From assembly GCA_037129895.1 (NCBI GenBank), contig JBAXUB010000002.1, positions 463 to 64,462 on the forward strand: a DNA stretch of 64,000 nt, given 5' to 3'. How positions within the stretch are numbered: the stretch's first letter is position 1; each line of letters opens with the position of its first letter. This DNA is from Candidatus Tayloriibacteriota bacterium (GTDB lineage Bacteria > Patescibacteriota > Minisyncoccia > Phycocordibacterales > PALSA-1337). Both the position numbers and the translations under genes were made by a program. Shown one piece after another: positions 10,106 through 18,925 of the stretch. The notes beneath the pieces are model-generated. The model did no database searches, was not told the origin of the DNA, and worked only from the letters and a program-made list of their open reading frames with translations.

Positions 10106-10148
10106 CAATTGAAAAAGCTAACGCACGATAGTGCGTCTTTTTCAATTG
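10106..10148. terminator. Bidirectional rho-independent terminator CAATTGAAAAAG-[ACGCACgataGTGCGT]-CTTTTTCAATTG.
   Basis: Perfect hairpin flanked by a reverse-complementary A-tract and U-tract, between convergent genes. Track ORF 9968..10183 runs through it and is probably not real. Confidence 0.55.
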
Positions 10149-10326
10149 CTGAGGGAGAACAAGCGAAGCTTGCGTCAGGATGAGAACAGCGAGCGATGTT
10201 TCGAGCAGCGGCGAGAAACCGTGAGCCGGTGGCCAGGACGAACGAGCGGGTAGCGAGTGAGGACGAGGCCGAATCCTGCTCCCGGAGCCCTTGATCTGTA
10301 CCTTTAAAAAGTAGGCGTGACTGATA

Positions 10327-11025
10327 CTAGCAATCCTTTGGTCTCCTCCAAAATTTATACTTCTTATTTTGTATATCTACCAATCTCTCCAATTTATCCC
10401 AATTCTGCCCACTATTCCCTTCATCAAACATCTGATTTAAAGAATCTCCAGTAATTCCGGCAAACATTGCAGAAATCTCATATCTCACACCTTGATTATC
10501 ATTAGGGTTAAGACCTAATAGCAGTCTAAACAATTCCTCAGCTTTTGTATAATCACTATTATCCCAATACAGATCTGCCATATACTGAATAGCTCTTAGT
10601 GGCGCCCTGTGCTCCATAAGTCCCCATTCTAATCTTTTTGGCCATACAGGGAACATCTTCTTGGTTTTATCAAATCCATTTATAATACATTCCTCTCTTT
10701 TCTTTAAATCTTTCTTTCTTGAGTATACTGACACCAAGCCAACATAAGTTTGTACATAATCTGGATCAATATCTTTTGCTTTGAGCAACATCATTTCGGC
10801 AGATTTATAGTCATCTATATTCAACACTTCCATTGCGTCGTAATACAGGTCATCTATATTTTGAACCCTCATGGACATAACGCTATTTTTGAGATTTTGT
10901 TCATCAAAAGCTTTCATCAAACCATCATACGAATTTGTTGTACCATTTTTCATACCACTACAGATCATACAATCATCACAGCCTCCTAATTCCTTTTTCT
11001 TATTCTTTGATCTTGAGTTTTTCAT
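10327..11025 (-). CDS. Hypothetical protein with TPR-like helical repeats and an N-terminal Cys cluster.
   Basis: ORF track. Weak TPR-like periodicity. Confidence 0.45.
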   Translation of the reverse strand: MKNSRSKNKKKELGGCDDCMICSGMKNGTTNSYDGLMKAFDEQNLKNSVMSMRVQNIDDLYYDAMEVLNIDDYKSAEMMLLKAKDIDPDYVQTYVGLVSVYSRKKDLKKREECIINGFDKTKKMFPVWPKRLEWGLMEHRAPLRAIQYMADLYWDNSDYTKAEELFRLLLGLNPNDNQGVRYEISAMFAGITGDSLNQMFDEGNSGQNWDKLERLVDIQNKKYKFWRRPKDC

Positions 11026-11029
11026 ATGA

Positions 11030-11218
11030 TTATTTTTTCATTTCTTCATAGTTATCCTTGCCACCAATCACTCTCACATAATCCTCACACCCATCAACAT
11101 CAATAGCCCCGCATTTGCATGAGGTCATTTTCTTGTGAGTATTCCAATAGATTTCATCACCGCACTTCTTGCACTTGATGTAGGTTTCTATTTTATTTCG
11201 GTTTGCAACAGGATTCAT
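11030..11218 (-). CDS. Small zinc-ribbon protein (62 aa).
   Basis: CKKCGDE...CKCGA...C motifs (CxxC...CxC). Confidence 0.45.
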   Translation of the reverse strand: MNPVANRNKIETYIKCKKCGDEIYWNTHKKMTSCKCGAIDVDGCEDYVRVIGGKDNYEEMKK

Positions 11219-11223
11219 AGCGG

Positions 11224-12510
11224 TTAATTTTCTTTATTTATCTCGAGTAGCCATTCATGTAGGGGTTTAAAGGAAATTGTCAGCCCATCTTTTTCTACCT
11301 CACGCTTTTCATCCCAGGTAAGCATAGTAAGGTTCTTTACATTCAATTCACCGCTTGCTTCCACCAGTGCTTTTATTTCTCTCTGTTCAACATCTGAATT
11401 TATTGATTCAAAGCACACCTGCACAAGCTCTGTTACTACATGTCCTTTGATAAGCAAAAAATCAATTTCTCGATCATTACGAGTCTTGTAGTAGAACAAT
11501 TCACGATTCGGTTTGTTGCCTCTTTTAACAAGTTCTATAAAAACAAGGTTTTCCATGAGCTTTCCTTTATCTGGTGAGTGTTGGACAGCTTTTGCAAGGA
11601 CAAAACCATTATCAACCACAAATATTTTGCGAGGCGATTTTATTCTAGTAACAGACTTTGGAGAATACTGATGCAACGAGAAAACAAGGTATGCCTCTTC
11701 AAGGTAATCTATATATTTTTCAACAGTCGTTGTACTCTTCAGATTTAATACGTCCATTATTTTTCGGACCGTGTACAAATTTGAGAAATTATTTATGAGA
11801 TGTGAACCAAGATTTCCTACTTGAGTAGAAAATTTCACTTTATGTCTCTTCACCACATCTTTAAATAGGAGTGCATCAAACAATACACCTAGATAATCAC
11901 GGGGGTCGGCATTGTTTACGGCAACTTCTGGAAAACCACCATTCACCATGTAGTTCTCCATAAGGTTGAGTAACTCTCCGTGATTCTTTGGAAGCATTCT
12001 GTATTCAGAATTAGTATCAAATTTCTTTGCTTTCAAAAATTCATTGAAATCAAATGGCAATATTTCTATTGGCATATGTCTACCCGTTAAGTGTGTTGCG
12101 AGTTCTTTTGAAAGTAGGTGGGCATTAGATCCTGTAAGGACGAGGTTATATCCTTCACGATGTAAACGGTTCACGAAAAGTTCCCAGTTCGGCAGGTTTT
12201 GTATTTCATCAAAAAGAATAGTTTTGACTTGACCATACTCCGCATGTAACTCCTTCATCAATTCATTGGTATTTATTCCACCATTACTTGCTATGACTTC
12301 ATCATCAAAGTTGAAGTACATAAATGGTCGATCTCTAAGGAGTACCAAAGAAAAGACAGATTTTCCCGCTCGACGAGGACCAAGTATCACTTTTATTAAA
12401 TCAGAATTAAGCCATTTCCGTGCAAATGGTTCTTTACTTCTTTGTATGTAAGCAAGCGATAAAAGCTGTTCTTTTTGCTCTTTTTGATTGGATACTATGG
12501 TTTTTAGCAT
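11224..12510 (-). CDS. AAA+ ATPase of the DUF4143/AAA_14 (COG1373) family.
   Basis: Walker A GPRRAGKS, Walker B ILFDEIQ, and a long C-terminal DUF4143-like domain. Confidence 0.7.
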   Translation of the reverse strand: MLKTIVSNQKEQKEQLLSLAYIQRSKEPFARKWLNSDLIKVILGPRRAGKSVFSLVLLRDRPFMYFNFDDEVIASNGGINTNELMKELHAEYGQVKTILFDEIQNLPNWELFVNRLHREGYNLVLTGSNAHLLSKELATHLTGRHMPIEILPFDFNEFLKAKKFDTNSEYRMLPKNHGELLNLMENYMVNGGFPEVAVNNADPRDYLGVLFDALLFKDVVKRHKVKFSTQVGNLGSHLINNFSNLYTVRKIMDVLNLKSTTTVEKYIDYLEEAYLVFSLHQYSPKSVTRIKSPRKIFVVDNGFVLAKAVQHSPDKGKLMENLVFIELVKRGNKPNRELFYYKTRNDREIDFLLIKGHVVTELVQVCFESINSDVEQREIKALVEASGELNVKNLTMLTWDEKREVEKDGLTISFKPLHEWLLEINKEN

Positions 12511-12526
12511 ATTATTTTGGTTCTAG

Positions 12527-12576
12527 TGGTCAAAATATGTCTTTTTTGACCAGTACAAGTATTATACTGGTCAAAA
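12527..12576. promoter_or_regulatory. Operator-like repeats: TGGTCAAAA, then TTTTGACCA (inverted), then TGGTCAAAA, in a divergent intergenic region.
   Basis: Seen directly in sequence. Arrangement is GGTCAAAA-N8-TTTTGACC plus a third copy 16 bp further on. Confidence 0.3.
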
Positions 12577-12691
12577 AGGATAAAAACAAGGAGTTATGCA
12601 CAGACGGCTCTTTCTTGCAGATAATTGTTTACAAGGAGCAAATTTTAAGAAAATATGGCTATAAACAATATTCTGTGAAGATTTTCCTTGT

Positions 12692-13012
12692 ATGCAAAAT
12701 ACATACATGGAAATCGAATCTCAGAAACAAATAGACATCAAGAAAAAAGAGGTTGAGCAGGAAATTATAGAACTTTTAGCTGAAACCGAAAGCCATTTTA
12801 CTTTAGACCATGTCAAAGATGTTATTTACAATGAGGATGGTCAGGATGCTTTGACTGATGCTGTGGCTATGTTTGATAACGGACAAGGTGGTATCGAACT
12901 TCAAAATGTCCTCGATGTTCTCAATGATGCTTGGAATTATTTTCCCCACAAAATCATAGGGGGACTTTCACCTGCTGAGAAATTGCTTGAGTATAACAAC
13001 AGGAAGAAATAA
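12692..13012 (+). CDS. Hypothetical acidic protein (106 aa; the start may instead be 12707).
   Basis: ORF track. Confidence 0.4.
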   Translation: MQNTYMEIESQKQIDIKKKEVEQEIIELLAETESHFTLDHVKDVIYNEDGQDALTDAVAMFDNGQGGIELQNVLDVLNDAWNYFPHKIIGGLSPAEKLLEYNNRKK

Positions 13013-13020
13013 GACGCTCA

Positions 13021-13155
13021 CTATCTAACAAACTCCGCCACCTCCCTCTCACTCGGTTGTGTAATCTTGAACAATCCATCCCTATAATTCGGGATATAAA
13101 TGTGCTCTTTATTGGTCTTCCAAAAGGTTATTACCTCGCGCACAACGTCGGGCAT
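13021..13155 (-). CDS. Small ORF (44 aa, MPDVVREVITFWKTNKEHIYIPNYRDGLFKITQPSEREVAEFVR), almost fully covered by copy 1 of the 96-bp repeat. The track's longer 13021..13347 N-terminal extension looks like non-coding sequence.
   Basis: Manual translation. ATG at 13153-13155. Confidence 0.3.
   Translation of the reverse strand: MPDVVREVITFWKTNKEHIYIPNYRDGLFKITQPSEREVAEFVR
13058..13153. repeat. Copy 1 of a 96-bp direct repeat (1 mismatch against copy 2 at 13891..13986).
   Basis: Copies aligned by eye. Identical except g/a in cttGaac versus cttAaac. Confidence 0.85.
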
Positions 13156-13234
13156 TTGACAACTGTGGTAAGTCGTGTAAATATTATCTCGGATAGAATT
13201 TTTCTTTGTTTTCCACAAACAACAATTATATTCA

Positions 13235-13804
13235 ATGACCAGAGACTTGGTCAGAACAAAGAAAACACAGCAAGCACGTTTATATATGATAAAATTAAAA
13301 GTCATCAAACTTGGGACCGTTTGTAAAGACAATGCTACTGATCTCAATGGAACTGTTACTCATTGGATTTGTAATATGGGCAAACGCATTGATTATCTCT
13401 TCCAGCCCCCTGGAACAAATCCAGACGATGGACAACCCTTAAAGAAAATCATCCTTGAGGAGGAACGATTGAAACTTTCGGACGACCAGTTCGAGGAAGT
13501 CGAAATTCCGTTCGAAATTCTCGGCACAGAGGTCATAAACAACGCAAGTGGATTCAATGGAATGGCCGTCGAATTCGTTCGCCACGTCAATGGTTGCTTC
13601 CATGTTGTCATCCAACCTAAAGGCGTACTAAGGAAAACCAACTCTCCGATTCACAAGGCTGAATTTGACCTCCGGGAATGTAGCGGAAAAATGATTGCCA
13701 AAATGAACGAGGAAGAATTGAAAAAGAGCAAGGAAAAAAATCCGTCTCCAACCAATGACTCGTTTGAAAAATGGCGCCCCATTGCCAATTCAACTGCTCG
13801 ATAA
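13235..13804 (+). CDS. Hypothetical protein (189 aa or shorter; internal starts at 13286 or 13376 are possible), lying between the two repeat copies.
   Basis: ORF track. Terminator follows. Whether the 5' end overlaps the minus-strand small ORF depends on the true start. Confidence 0.45.
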   Translation: MTRDLVRTKKTQQARLYMIKLKVIKLGTVCKDNATDLNGTVTHWICNMGKRIDYLFQPPGTNPDDGQPLKKIILEEERLKLSDDQFEEVEIPFEILGTEVINNASGFNGMAVEFVRHVNGCFHVVIQPKGVLRKTNSPIHKAEFDLRECSGKMIAKMNEEELKKSKEKNPSPTNDSFEKWRPIANSTAR

Positions 13805-13812
13805 TAACCACG

Positions 13813-13856
13813 CCTGTCTCAAAGGAAAACCGGTTTCCTAGAGACGGGTTTTTTTT
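13813..13856 (+). terminator. Rho-independent terminator: CCTGTCTC...GAGACGGG hairpin (inner GGAAAACC/GGTTTCC) followed by T8.
   Basis: Seen directly in sequence. Confidence 0.7.
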
Positions 13857-13890
13857 GCCTAAATATTTTTGTTATACTTTTTCAATCGAC

Positions 13891-13986
13891 TGTGTAATCT
13901 TAAACAATCCATCCCTATAATTCGGGATATAAATGTGCTCTTTATTGGTCTTCCAAAAGGTTATTACCTCGCGCACAACGTCGGGC
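13891..13986. repeat. Copy 2 of the 96-bp direct repeat. In frame it encodes ...RPDVVREVITFWKTNKEHIYIPNYRDGLFKITQSIEKV* with an in-frame stop upstream and no start codon, so it is a gene fragment.
   Basis: Manual translation of the minus strand. Confidence 0.8.
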
Positions 13987-14086
13987 CGATTATTTAGGAT
14001 TTGTTAGGACTATTTTTTGTGAACTAGATAGGGTTCAGAGCTTTTGATATAATTCTGTAGTTAATAATTTATTAATTAAAAAAATA

Positions 14087-14380
14087 ATGAATAAACATAT
14101 TTTGAAAGATAACCCGCAAGGCCACTGGTTCAAAGCAAAGCTATACGGCTGGGGTTGGACACCAGTAAAATGGCAGGGATGGCTTGTTATAGTTGCATAT
14201 ATCGCACTCATTGTGACTCTCATTCTCACAAGAGAAGCGGATATTCCAGGTAATCCTGATTCAGGAAGCAATTTCCTAACATTGGCTTTACCAATCATTT
14301 TACTGACCATTCTACTCATCATTATCTGTTACAAGAAAGGAGAAAAGCCACGCTGGCAGTGGGGACCACCTAAGAAGTAA
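14087..14380 (+). CDS. Small 2-TM membrane protein (97 aa).
   Basis: Two hydrophobic helices and a basic C-terminus. Confidence 0.4.
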   Translation: MNKHILKDNPQGHWFKAKLYGWGWTPVKWQGWLVIVAYIALIVTLILTREADIPGNPDSGSNFLTLALPIILLTILLIIICYKKGEKPRWQWGPPKK

Positions 14381-14453
14381 TTCCTACATATTATTTAGCC
14401 ATAAATCAAGCGCTATTTTTGATACCCATTATGATGCTTTAAACTCATTATAT

Positions 14454-15272
14454 TTGTGTTATACTTTTTTAATGCAAAAGATTATGAGCAAAATTCATCT
14501 TCATTCCCGCTGGAAACTTGCGATTAAGACTATTCCTTTTATATTGGTTATTATATTTTTGAAGTTTATTTCTCACTATTTGGGTTATGAGTTTTTAACT
14601 CTGAACTCTTTATTTACAGCCATTATATCTGCCAATGTCTTTCTGATCGGATTTTTGATTTCTGGTGTATTGGTAGATTATAAAGAAAGTGAGAAGCTGC
14701 CTGGAGATTTGGCGTCTAGTTTAGAGACCATGGCAGATGAGGCTCTTATAATCCATAAGAATAAGAAAAGCATTGAGGCTAAAAATCTCTTAATGAAATT
14801 ATCTACGTTCAATAAAACGTTGATAGATTGGTTCTATAAGAAAGAAAAGACTGATGTTCTTATGGTGAAATTGCGTTCTTTCAATGACGATTTCCTTCTT
14901 CTTGAAAATCAAACTCAAGCAAATTTCATTGTTCGTCTTAAACAAGAACAAAACTCTGTGAGAAAGATGATAACTAGGATTCATACTATTAGGGAAACAT
15001 CATTCTTGGGGACAGGTTATGCTATTGCCGAAATAATTACTTTTGTTCTTGTTACCGGTTTGGTATTTATTAAGATGGACCCATTTTATGAGAGCATATT
15101 TTTTGTTTCCTTTGTTAGTTTCATTCTAATTTATATGATCTATTTCATTAAAGATTTAGACAATCCATTTGGGTATTATGAGGGGGAAAATAATTTAGTT
15201 GAGGAGGTTTCTCTAAAACCTCTTCTCGATAGCAAAAAGAGGATGGATGAGTGTCTAAATAGTATTCAATAA
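14454..15272 (+). CDS. Membrane protein, possibly of the bestrophin/UPF0187 anion-channel family.
   Basis: Four hydrophobic segments. IKDLDNPFGYYEGENNL resembles the bestrophin-family (E/D)NPFG motif as I recall it. Confidence 0.4.
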   Translation: MCYTFLMQKIMSKIHLHSRWKLAIKTIPFILVIIFLKFISHYLGYEFLTLNSLFTAIISANVFLIGFLISGVLVDYKESEKLPGDLASSLETMADEALIIHKNKKSIEAKNLLMKLSTFNKTLIDWFYKKEKTDVLMVKLRSFNDDFLLLENQTQANFIVRLKQEQNSVRKMITRIHTIRETSFLGTGYAIAEIITFVLVTGLVFIKMDPFYESIFFVSFVSFILIYMIYFIKDLDNPFGYYEGENNLVEEVSLKPLLDSKKRMDECLNSIQ

Positions 15273-15508
15273 CTTGTTGGATGTTTCATAATAGTTTGAT
15301 ATAATTATCCCATGGCCCCAGGTGATAAAAGAGCATTATTAATACTTCTCGTGGTTATCGTTTTGGCTGCACTATACTGGAAAATGTTTTTGTAGTAGCC
15401 GAACGAGTTTCACGTGTTATACATACCATTCCCATGCAAGCAATGAAAATTGTGAGTTTTTGGCATACTTACGTACTATTTATCCTCAATGTCTGCTACA
15501 ATGTAGAT

Positions 15509-15955
15509 ATGAAAAAATCACTACCAATCATATTTGCACTCGTATTATTATTGTGCGGTATCTTGTACCTAACATATGGACCAAAGAAGGATGTTGCAGA
15601 GTCTCCTCAATTTCCCCAAATAGCGAACATGTCATCATCAACAGGACTAGCCAATCCAGCTTCTGTCAATTGCACTAAACAAGGCGGCACTTTAACTATT
15701 CAAAAGAATGGAAACGGCGATGAATACGGGTTATGTAGTTTTGATGACAATCGAGCTTGTGAAGAATGGGCACTACTTCGAGGTGAATGTCCAGTCGGTG
15801 GTAGAAAAACAACTGGATATGACACGATCGACCAAAACTATTGTGCATGGCTCGGTGGCGAGACTTATGCTGTTGCGGACTCTATCTGTACGCTAAAAAA
15901 TGGTACAAAATGCAAAACAATAGATCTGTATAACGGCAAATGTTCTACTAATTAG
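15509..15955 (+). CDS. Secreted DUF333-domain protein (putative hemolysin-like), with signal peptide MKKSLPIIFALVLLLCGILYL.
   Basis: ANPASVNCTKQGG...GLCSFDDNRACEEWALLRGEC matches the DUF333 pattern. Start moved to the internal Met of track ORF 15434. Confidence 0.55.
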   Translation: MKKSLPIIFALVLLLCGILYLTYGPKKDVAESPQFPQIANMSSSTGLANPASVNCTKQGGTLTIQKNGNGDEYGLCSFDDNRACEEWALLRGECPVGGRKTTGYDTIDQNYCAWLGGETYAVADSICTLKNGTKCKTIDLYNGKCSTN

Positions 15956-16033
15956 ACACTAGTGTCACTGGTTGTCAGCTCTTGACAAATTTTGGTATTG
16001 AGGTAGATTTGCGTTAGAGTGTCACTAGACACT
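15956..16033 (+). promoter_or_regulatory. Promoter region for 16071..16742: TTGACA at 15982-15987 and a weak -10 TAGATT. It is embedded in palindromes ACACTAGTGT (15956-15965), TTGTCAgctcTTGACAA, and a second AGTGTCACTAGACACT (16017-16032).
   Basis: Seen directly in sequence. The motif AGTGTCACT occurs on both sides of the promoter. Confidence 0.4.
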
Positions 16034-16070
16034 TGTTCAGTTAACCAATAAACGAAAAGGAAGAGCACAT

Positions 16071-16742
16071 ATGAAAACGCAATACGTACTACTCATCACC
16101 ATGGCAACTGGCCTCCTGACCTCTAAAGTCACGGCCCAAACACAAGAAGATGATCCCAAGGCATCTTTCGGCATCACTGCCGGCATCATGGCTATCCAAC
16201 CCAGTAGCAAGAGCTACGCACACGACACCCATCCGGGTGATTCGTTCCTGCCTAACTCAGGGCAACCTGGCTCGGCGGGCGAAACATCAATCGACAGTTT
16301 CCAGCCATTTGGCTCTGTCGGGTTGCGCTACGCTCACCCCATCTCGGCCATTTCTCCGAAGCTTCTGTGGAAGATCGAGGCCGGCGGACTATTCGGTAAC
16401 GCAGAGACTCGCCAAAAGAACGCCAACGATCCTCGTGCAGATGGCAGTTCGGCATATGTCTATTCACGTGCCCAGTTCGGTTTCTACGGTAATGTTGGAC
16501 TGCAATATTACATCTGGAACGACAGTCTATATATCGGTGGAGACATCGGCATAACCGGTCTATTCATCGATAACGGCTGGGAGCGATTCGGTAGCAAACA
16601 AAGTGAAAGTACGAAAACCGAAGCGTATTTCACTGCTGGCCCGACGATCGGATACGTCTTCGACAAGACTATACTAGTCGAAGCAAGTGCCCAATTTGGC
16701 GGCTGCACCGGCATCGGAGTGAAACTTGGGATTCTATTCTGA
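16071..16742 (+). CDS. Secreted beta-barrel (porin/OmpA-like) protein. GC-rich relative to its surroundings.
   Basis: Signal peptide ...TSKVTAQT. Alternating hydrophobic/aromatic strands. C-terminal ...GVKLGILF ends in Phe. Local GC is clearly higher by eye, and antisense ORFs appear in the track. Confidence 0.5.
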   Translation: MKTQYVLLITMATGLLTSKVTAQTQEDDPKASFGITAGIMAIQPSSKSYAHDTHPGDSFLPNSGQPGSAGETSIDSFQPFGSVGLRYAHPISAISPKLLWKIEAGGLFGNAETRQKNANDPRADGSSAYVYSRAQFGFYGNVGLQYYIWNDSLYIGGDIGITGLFIDNGWERFGSKQSESTKTEAYFTAGPTIGYVFDKTILVEASAQFGGCTGIGVKLGILF

Positions 16743-16773
16743 GTCCCCTGCAAAGTGCGACCATTCTTCATCG

Positions 16774-16810
16774 ATTGCGCCTTCTGAATAAGTTGGCGCA
16801 ATTTTTTTAT
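16774..16810 (+). terminator. Rho-independent terminator: ATTGCGCC...GGCGCAAT followed by T7.
   Basis: Seen directly in sequence. Confidence 0.7.
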
Positions 16811-16879
16811 ATATTTATCCTGCTATTAACAAGTACATCCATTCCTATAACAACACCAATTTGATATAATAGGTCCGTA

Positions 16880-17911
16880 ATGAACTTTTCTATCAACTAT
16901 TTCTTGATTTTTGAATCACTGGCTTTTATATCATTTGCACTAGTCATAGCGCGTGAGATATATCACCGCAATTATTTGCGACTATTCGAAATAGTGAGCT
17001 GTGCTGTTTTCGGTATGATATTGGAGATAGGAAACACATATCTTGCTCACACATACTCATATAGCACTAGCTTCCTATTCAATCTAGCACATGTCCCAGT
17101 CGCTATAGGACTTAGCTGGGCAGTCATCATATATTGTGTGATGTTACTCAGCGATCAATACAATATTCCTTGGCATCTACGACCTTTCATGGATGCATTG
17201 GGAGCAGTACTTCTGGATATGACAATGGATATAGTCGCCATTAGGTTAGGATTCTGGACATGGACTATTCCGCTCAATACTGAATGGTATGGCGTACCAT
17301 TCGAAAATCTAGTCGGCTGGATACTCGTGGTACTTTCTTTCTCATTCATCATTCGTTTCATTCGCACATTGAATCCAAGGAGACTACTTACGATATTCAT
17401 CATGGTGATGTCACCATTTCTATCGTATATCGGACTTTTACTCGGATTGACCATATTCAGTGTTATCGCAATACTTCCATATCAGATCAATAATTGGACA
17501 TTACTATTGCAATTCCATTATGCACCTGACTTTTCTACATTAGCTGATCCACAAGTACAATTTTGGAAATTGATAATATTCACAGTTATCATGACTGAAC
17601 TCATCCATATAGTATTGTGGTCACTCATCAAATATCGCAGAAAATACCTGAAACATTTTGACATACTATCGTTTTTGAGTATTACCGGCATGCATTCGAT
17701 CATCTGTATTACTGTATTTACAACTGGTCTATATAGAGAACTACCGATACTCATATTCATATCTCTTTCTGGTCTGCTCATACACCTCTTGATGCATTTT
17801 CTACCTTATATGATGAACCCAAAGAAAATATATCTATTCAGAGCGGTTGCCAAAACTATTGAAAATAAAGAGATGAAATTGGAAAGAGTTATAGAAGCCG
17901 AATTGAAATAG
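16880..17911 (+). CDS. Polytopic membrane protein (343 aa), possibly DUF422-like.
   Basis: At least 8 hydrophobic helices. LLDMTMDIVAIRLGFWTWT motif. Confidence 0.45.
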   Translation: MNFSINYFLIFESLAFISFALVIAREIYHRNYLRLFEIVSCAVFGMILEIGNTYLAHTYSYSTSFLFNLAHVPVAIGLSWAVIIYCVMLLSDQYNIPWHLRPFMDALGAVLLDMTMDIVAIRLGFWTWTIPLNTEWYGVPFENLVGWILVVLSFSFIIRFIRTLNPRRLLTIFIMVMSPFLSYIGLLLGLTIFSVIAILPYQINNWTLLLQFHYAPDFSTLADPQVQFWKLIIFTVIMTELIHIVLWSLIKYRRKYLKHFDILSFLSITGMHSIICITVFTTGLYRELPILIFISLSGLLIHLLMHFLPYMMNPKKIYLFRAVAKTIENKEMKLERVIEAELK

Positions 17912-17924
17912 TATACGAAAATAG

Positions 17925-17953
17925 TTGACATTTCGATGTTCTGCTAGTATAAT
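17925..17953 (+). promoter_or_regulatory. Consensus sigma70 promoter TTGACA-N17-TATAAT for 17981..18817.
   Basis: TTGACA at 17925-17930 and TATAAT at 17948-17953. The ATG of the gene sits in the hairpin AGCAACgaATGTTGCT. Confidence 0.6.
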
Positions 17954-17980
17954 GAGCGGCAGATTAATAAACAGCAACGA

Positions 17981-18817
17981 ATGTTGCTACAGAAAGGATT
18001 GAAAGTGAAGCATAACATCATAGTTGATTCTGTCGTAAGTTTAAGTGTCATCGCAGCCGTCATGATATTCGTATATTTTGTGGACGCTAGCTATATACAA
18101 AAGGCGTCGGTTTCAAAAACCAATACGGCGCAGACGGACAGAGATTCCCTCGAGGCCTGGAACAACAGCCCTGAGGGTTATCTCGTGAACAACGCCGCGA
18201 CAAACCAGGTCAGTCCGAAGTTTCGACCGGTACTCATCTATCGTTACCGAGGCGACAATCGCCCGGCATTTACAGCGAACGGTACGTGGTTCGTTGGAAA
18301 AAACGGCCCGCTCGTTGCTACCGTGGATCATCTGCTGCAAAAGAAGTTTGCAAATGATCTATTCGTCATCCGATTCCTATCACCTGATGAACACACAGCC
18401 ACGAATGGCTTGTACGAGGTTGCCTACTTCAACTGGCAGGCCAAACTGCCAAAAGATGACGACGTCGTCTTTCTTCGTCCGAAAAACACAGAAGCCAAAC
18501 CTCTTCCGTGTGAATCGGCACTCAAAGAAGAATCAGTTCAAAACATCAAGATGTTTTTCTTCAATGAGCTCACGATCGGGGAAAAGAAGATCATGAAACT
18601 GCGATCATTGGTGACTGGAGATGAATATCTCATCGCTGGTGGAACCAAGGGTCCTCAGAGGATCGCTCTGTATTTCAATTCGCAAGCTGGCTACAGTGGT
18701 ATGGGTTTCATAGATCAGTATGACCAGTTGTACGTACTGAGCTGCGGACATCCTGACAAGAAAAACCCCATTTCCCTATTGTCTGGGCCGTATCTGAACC
18801 CTGACAAACATCTGTAG
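17981..18817 (+). CDS. Membrane-anchored hypothetical protein (278 aa). Its central part is GC-rich.
   Basis: N-terminal TM helix. No secure motif. A bidirectional terminator follows at 18852-18881. Confidence 0.5.
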   Translation: MLLQKGLKVKHNIIVDSVVSLSVIAAVMIFVYFVDASYIQKASVSKTNTAQTDRDSLEAWNNSPEGYLVNNAATNQVSPKFRPVLIYRYRGDNRPAFTANGTWFVGKNGPLVATVDHLLQKKFANDLFVIRFLSPDEHTATNGLYEVAYFNWQAKLPKDDDVVFLRPKNTEAKPLPCESALKEESVQNIKMFFFNELTIGEKKIMKLRSLVTGDEYLIAGGTKGPQRIALYFNSQAGYSGMGFIDQYDQLYVLSCGHPDKKNPISLLSGPYLNPDKHL

Positions 18818-18851
18818 TCAATGATGTGAATCAGAAATAGTTCAAAACACA

Positions 18852-18881
18852 CCGAGCAGTCAATTGATTGCTCGGCTTTTA
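18852..18881. terminator. Terminator hairpin CCGAGCA...TGCTCGG + CTTTT, between convergent genes.
   Basis: Seen directly in sequence. U-tracts on both strands are modest. Confidence 0.45.
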
Positions 18882-18925
18882 TATATCTGTATCGATGTAA
18901 CCTATTCGTATATTCGCATCGATAC

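Noticed and set aside
9968-10183. 71-aa plus-strand ORF.
   Set aside because: It reads straight through a perfect bidirectional terminator hairpin at 10106-10148, which makes a genuine CDS unlikely.
16150-16554. 134-aa plus-strand ORF and 71-aa minus-strand ORF inside the porin-like gene.
   Set aside because: Alternative-frame and antisense ORFs are typical of GC-rich coding sequence. The 223-aa frame has the signal peptide and a beta-barrel C-terminus.
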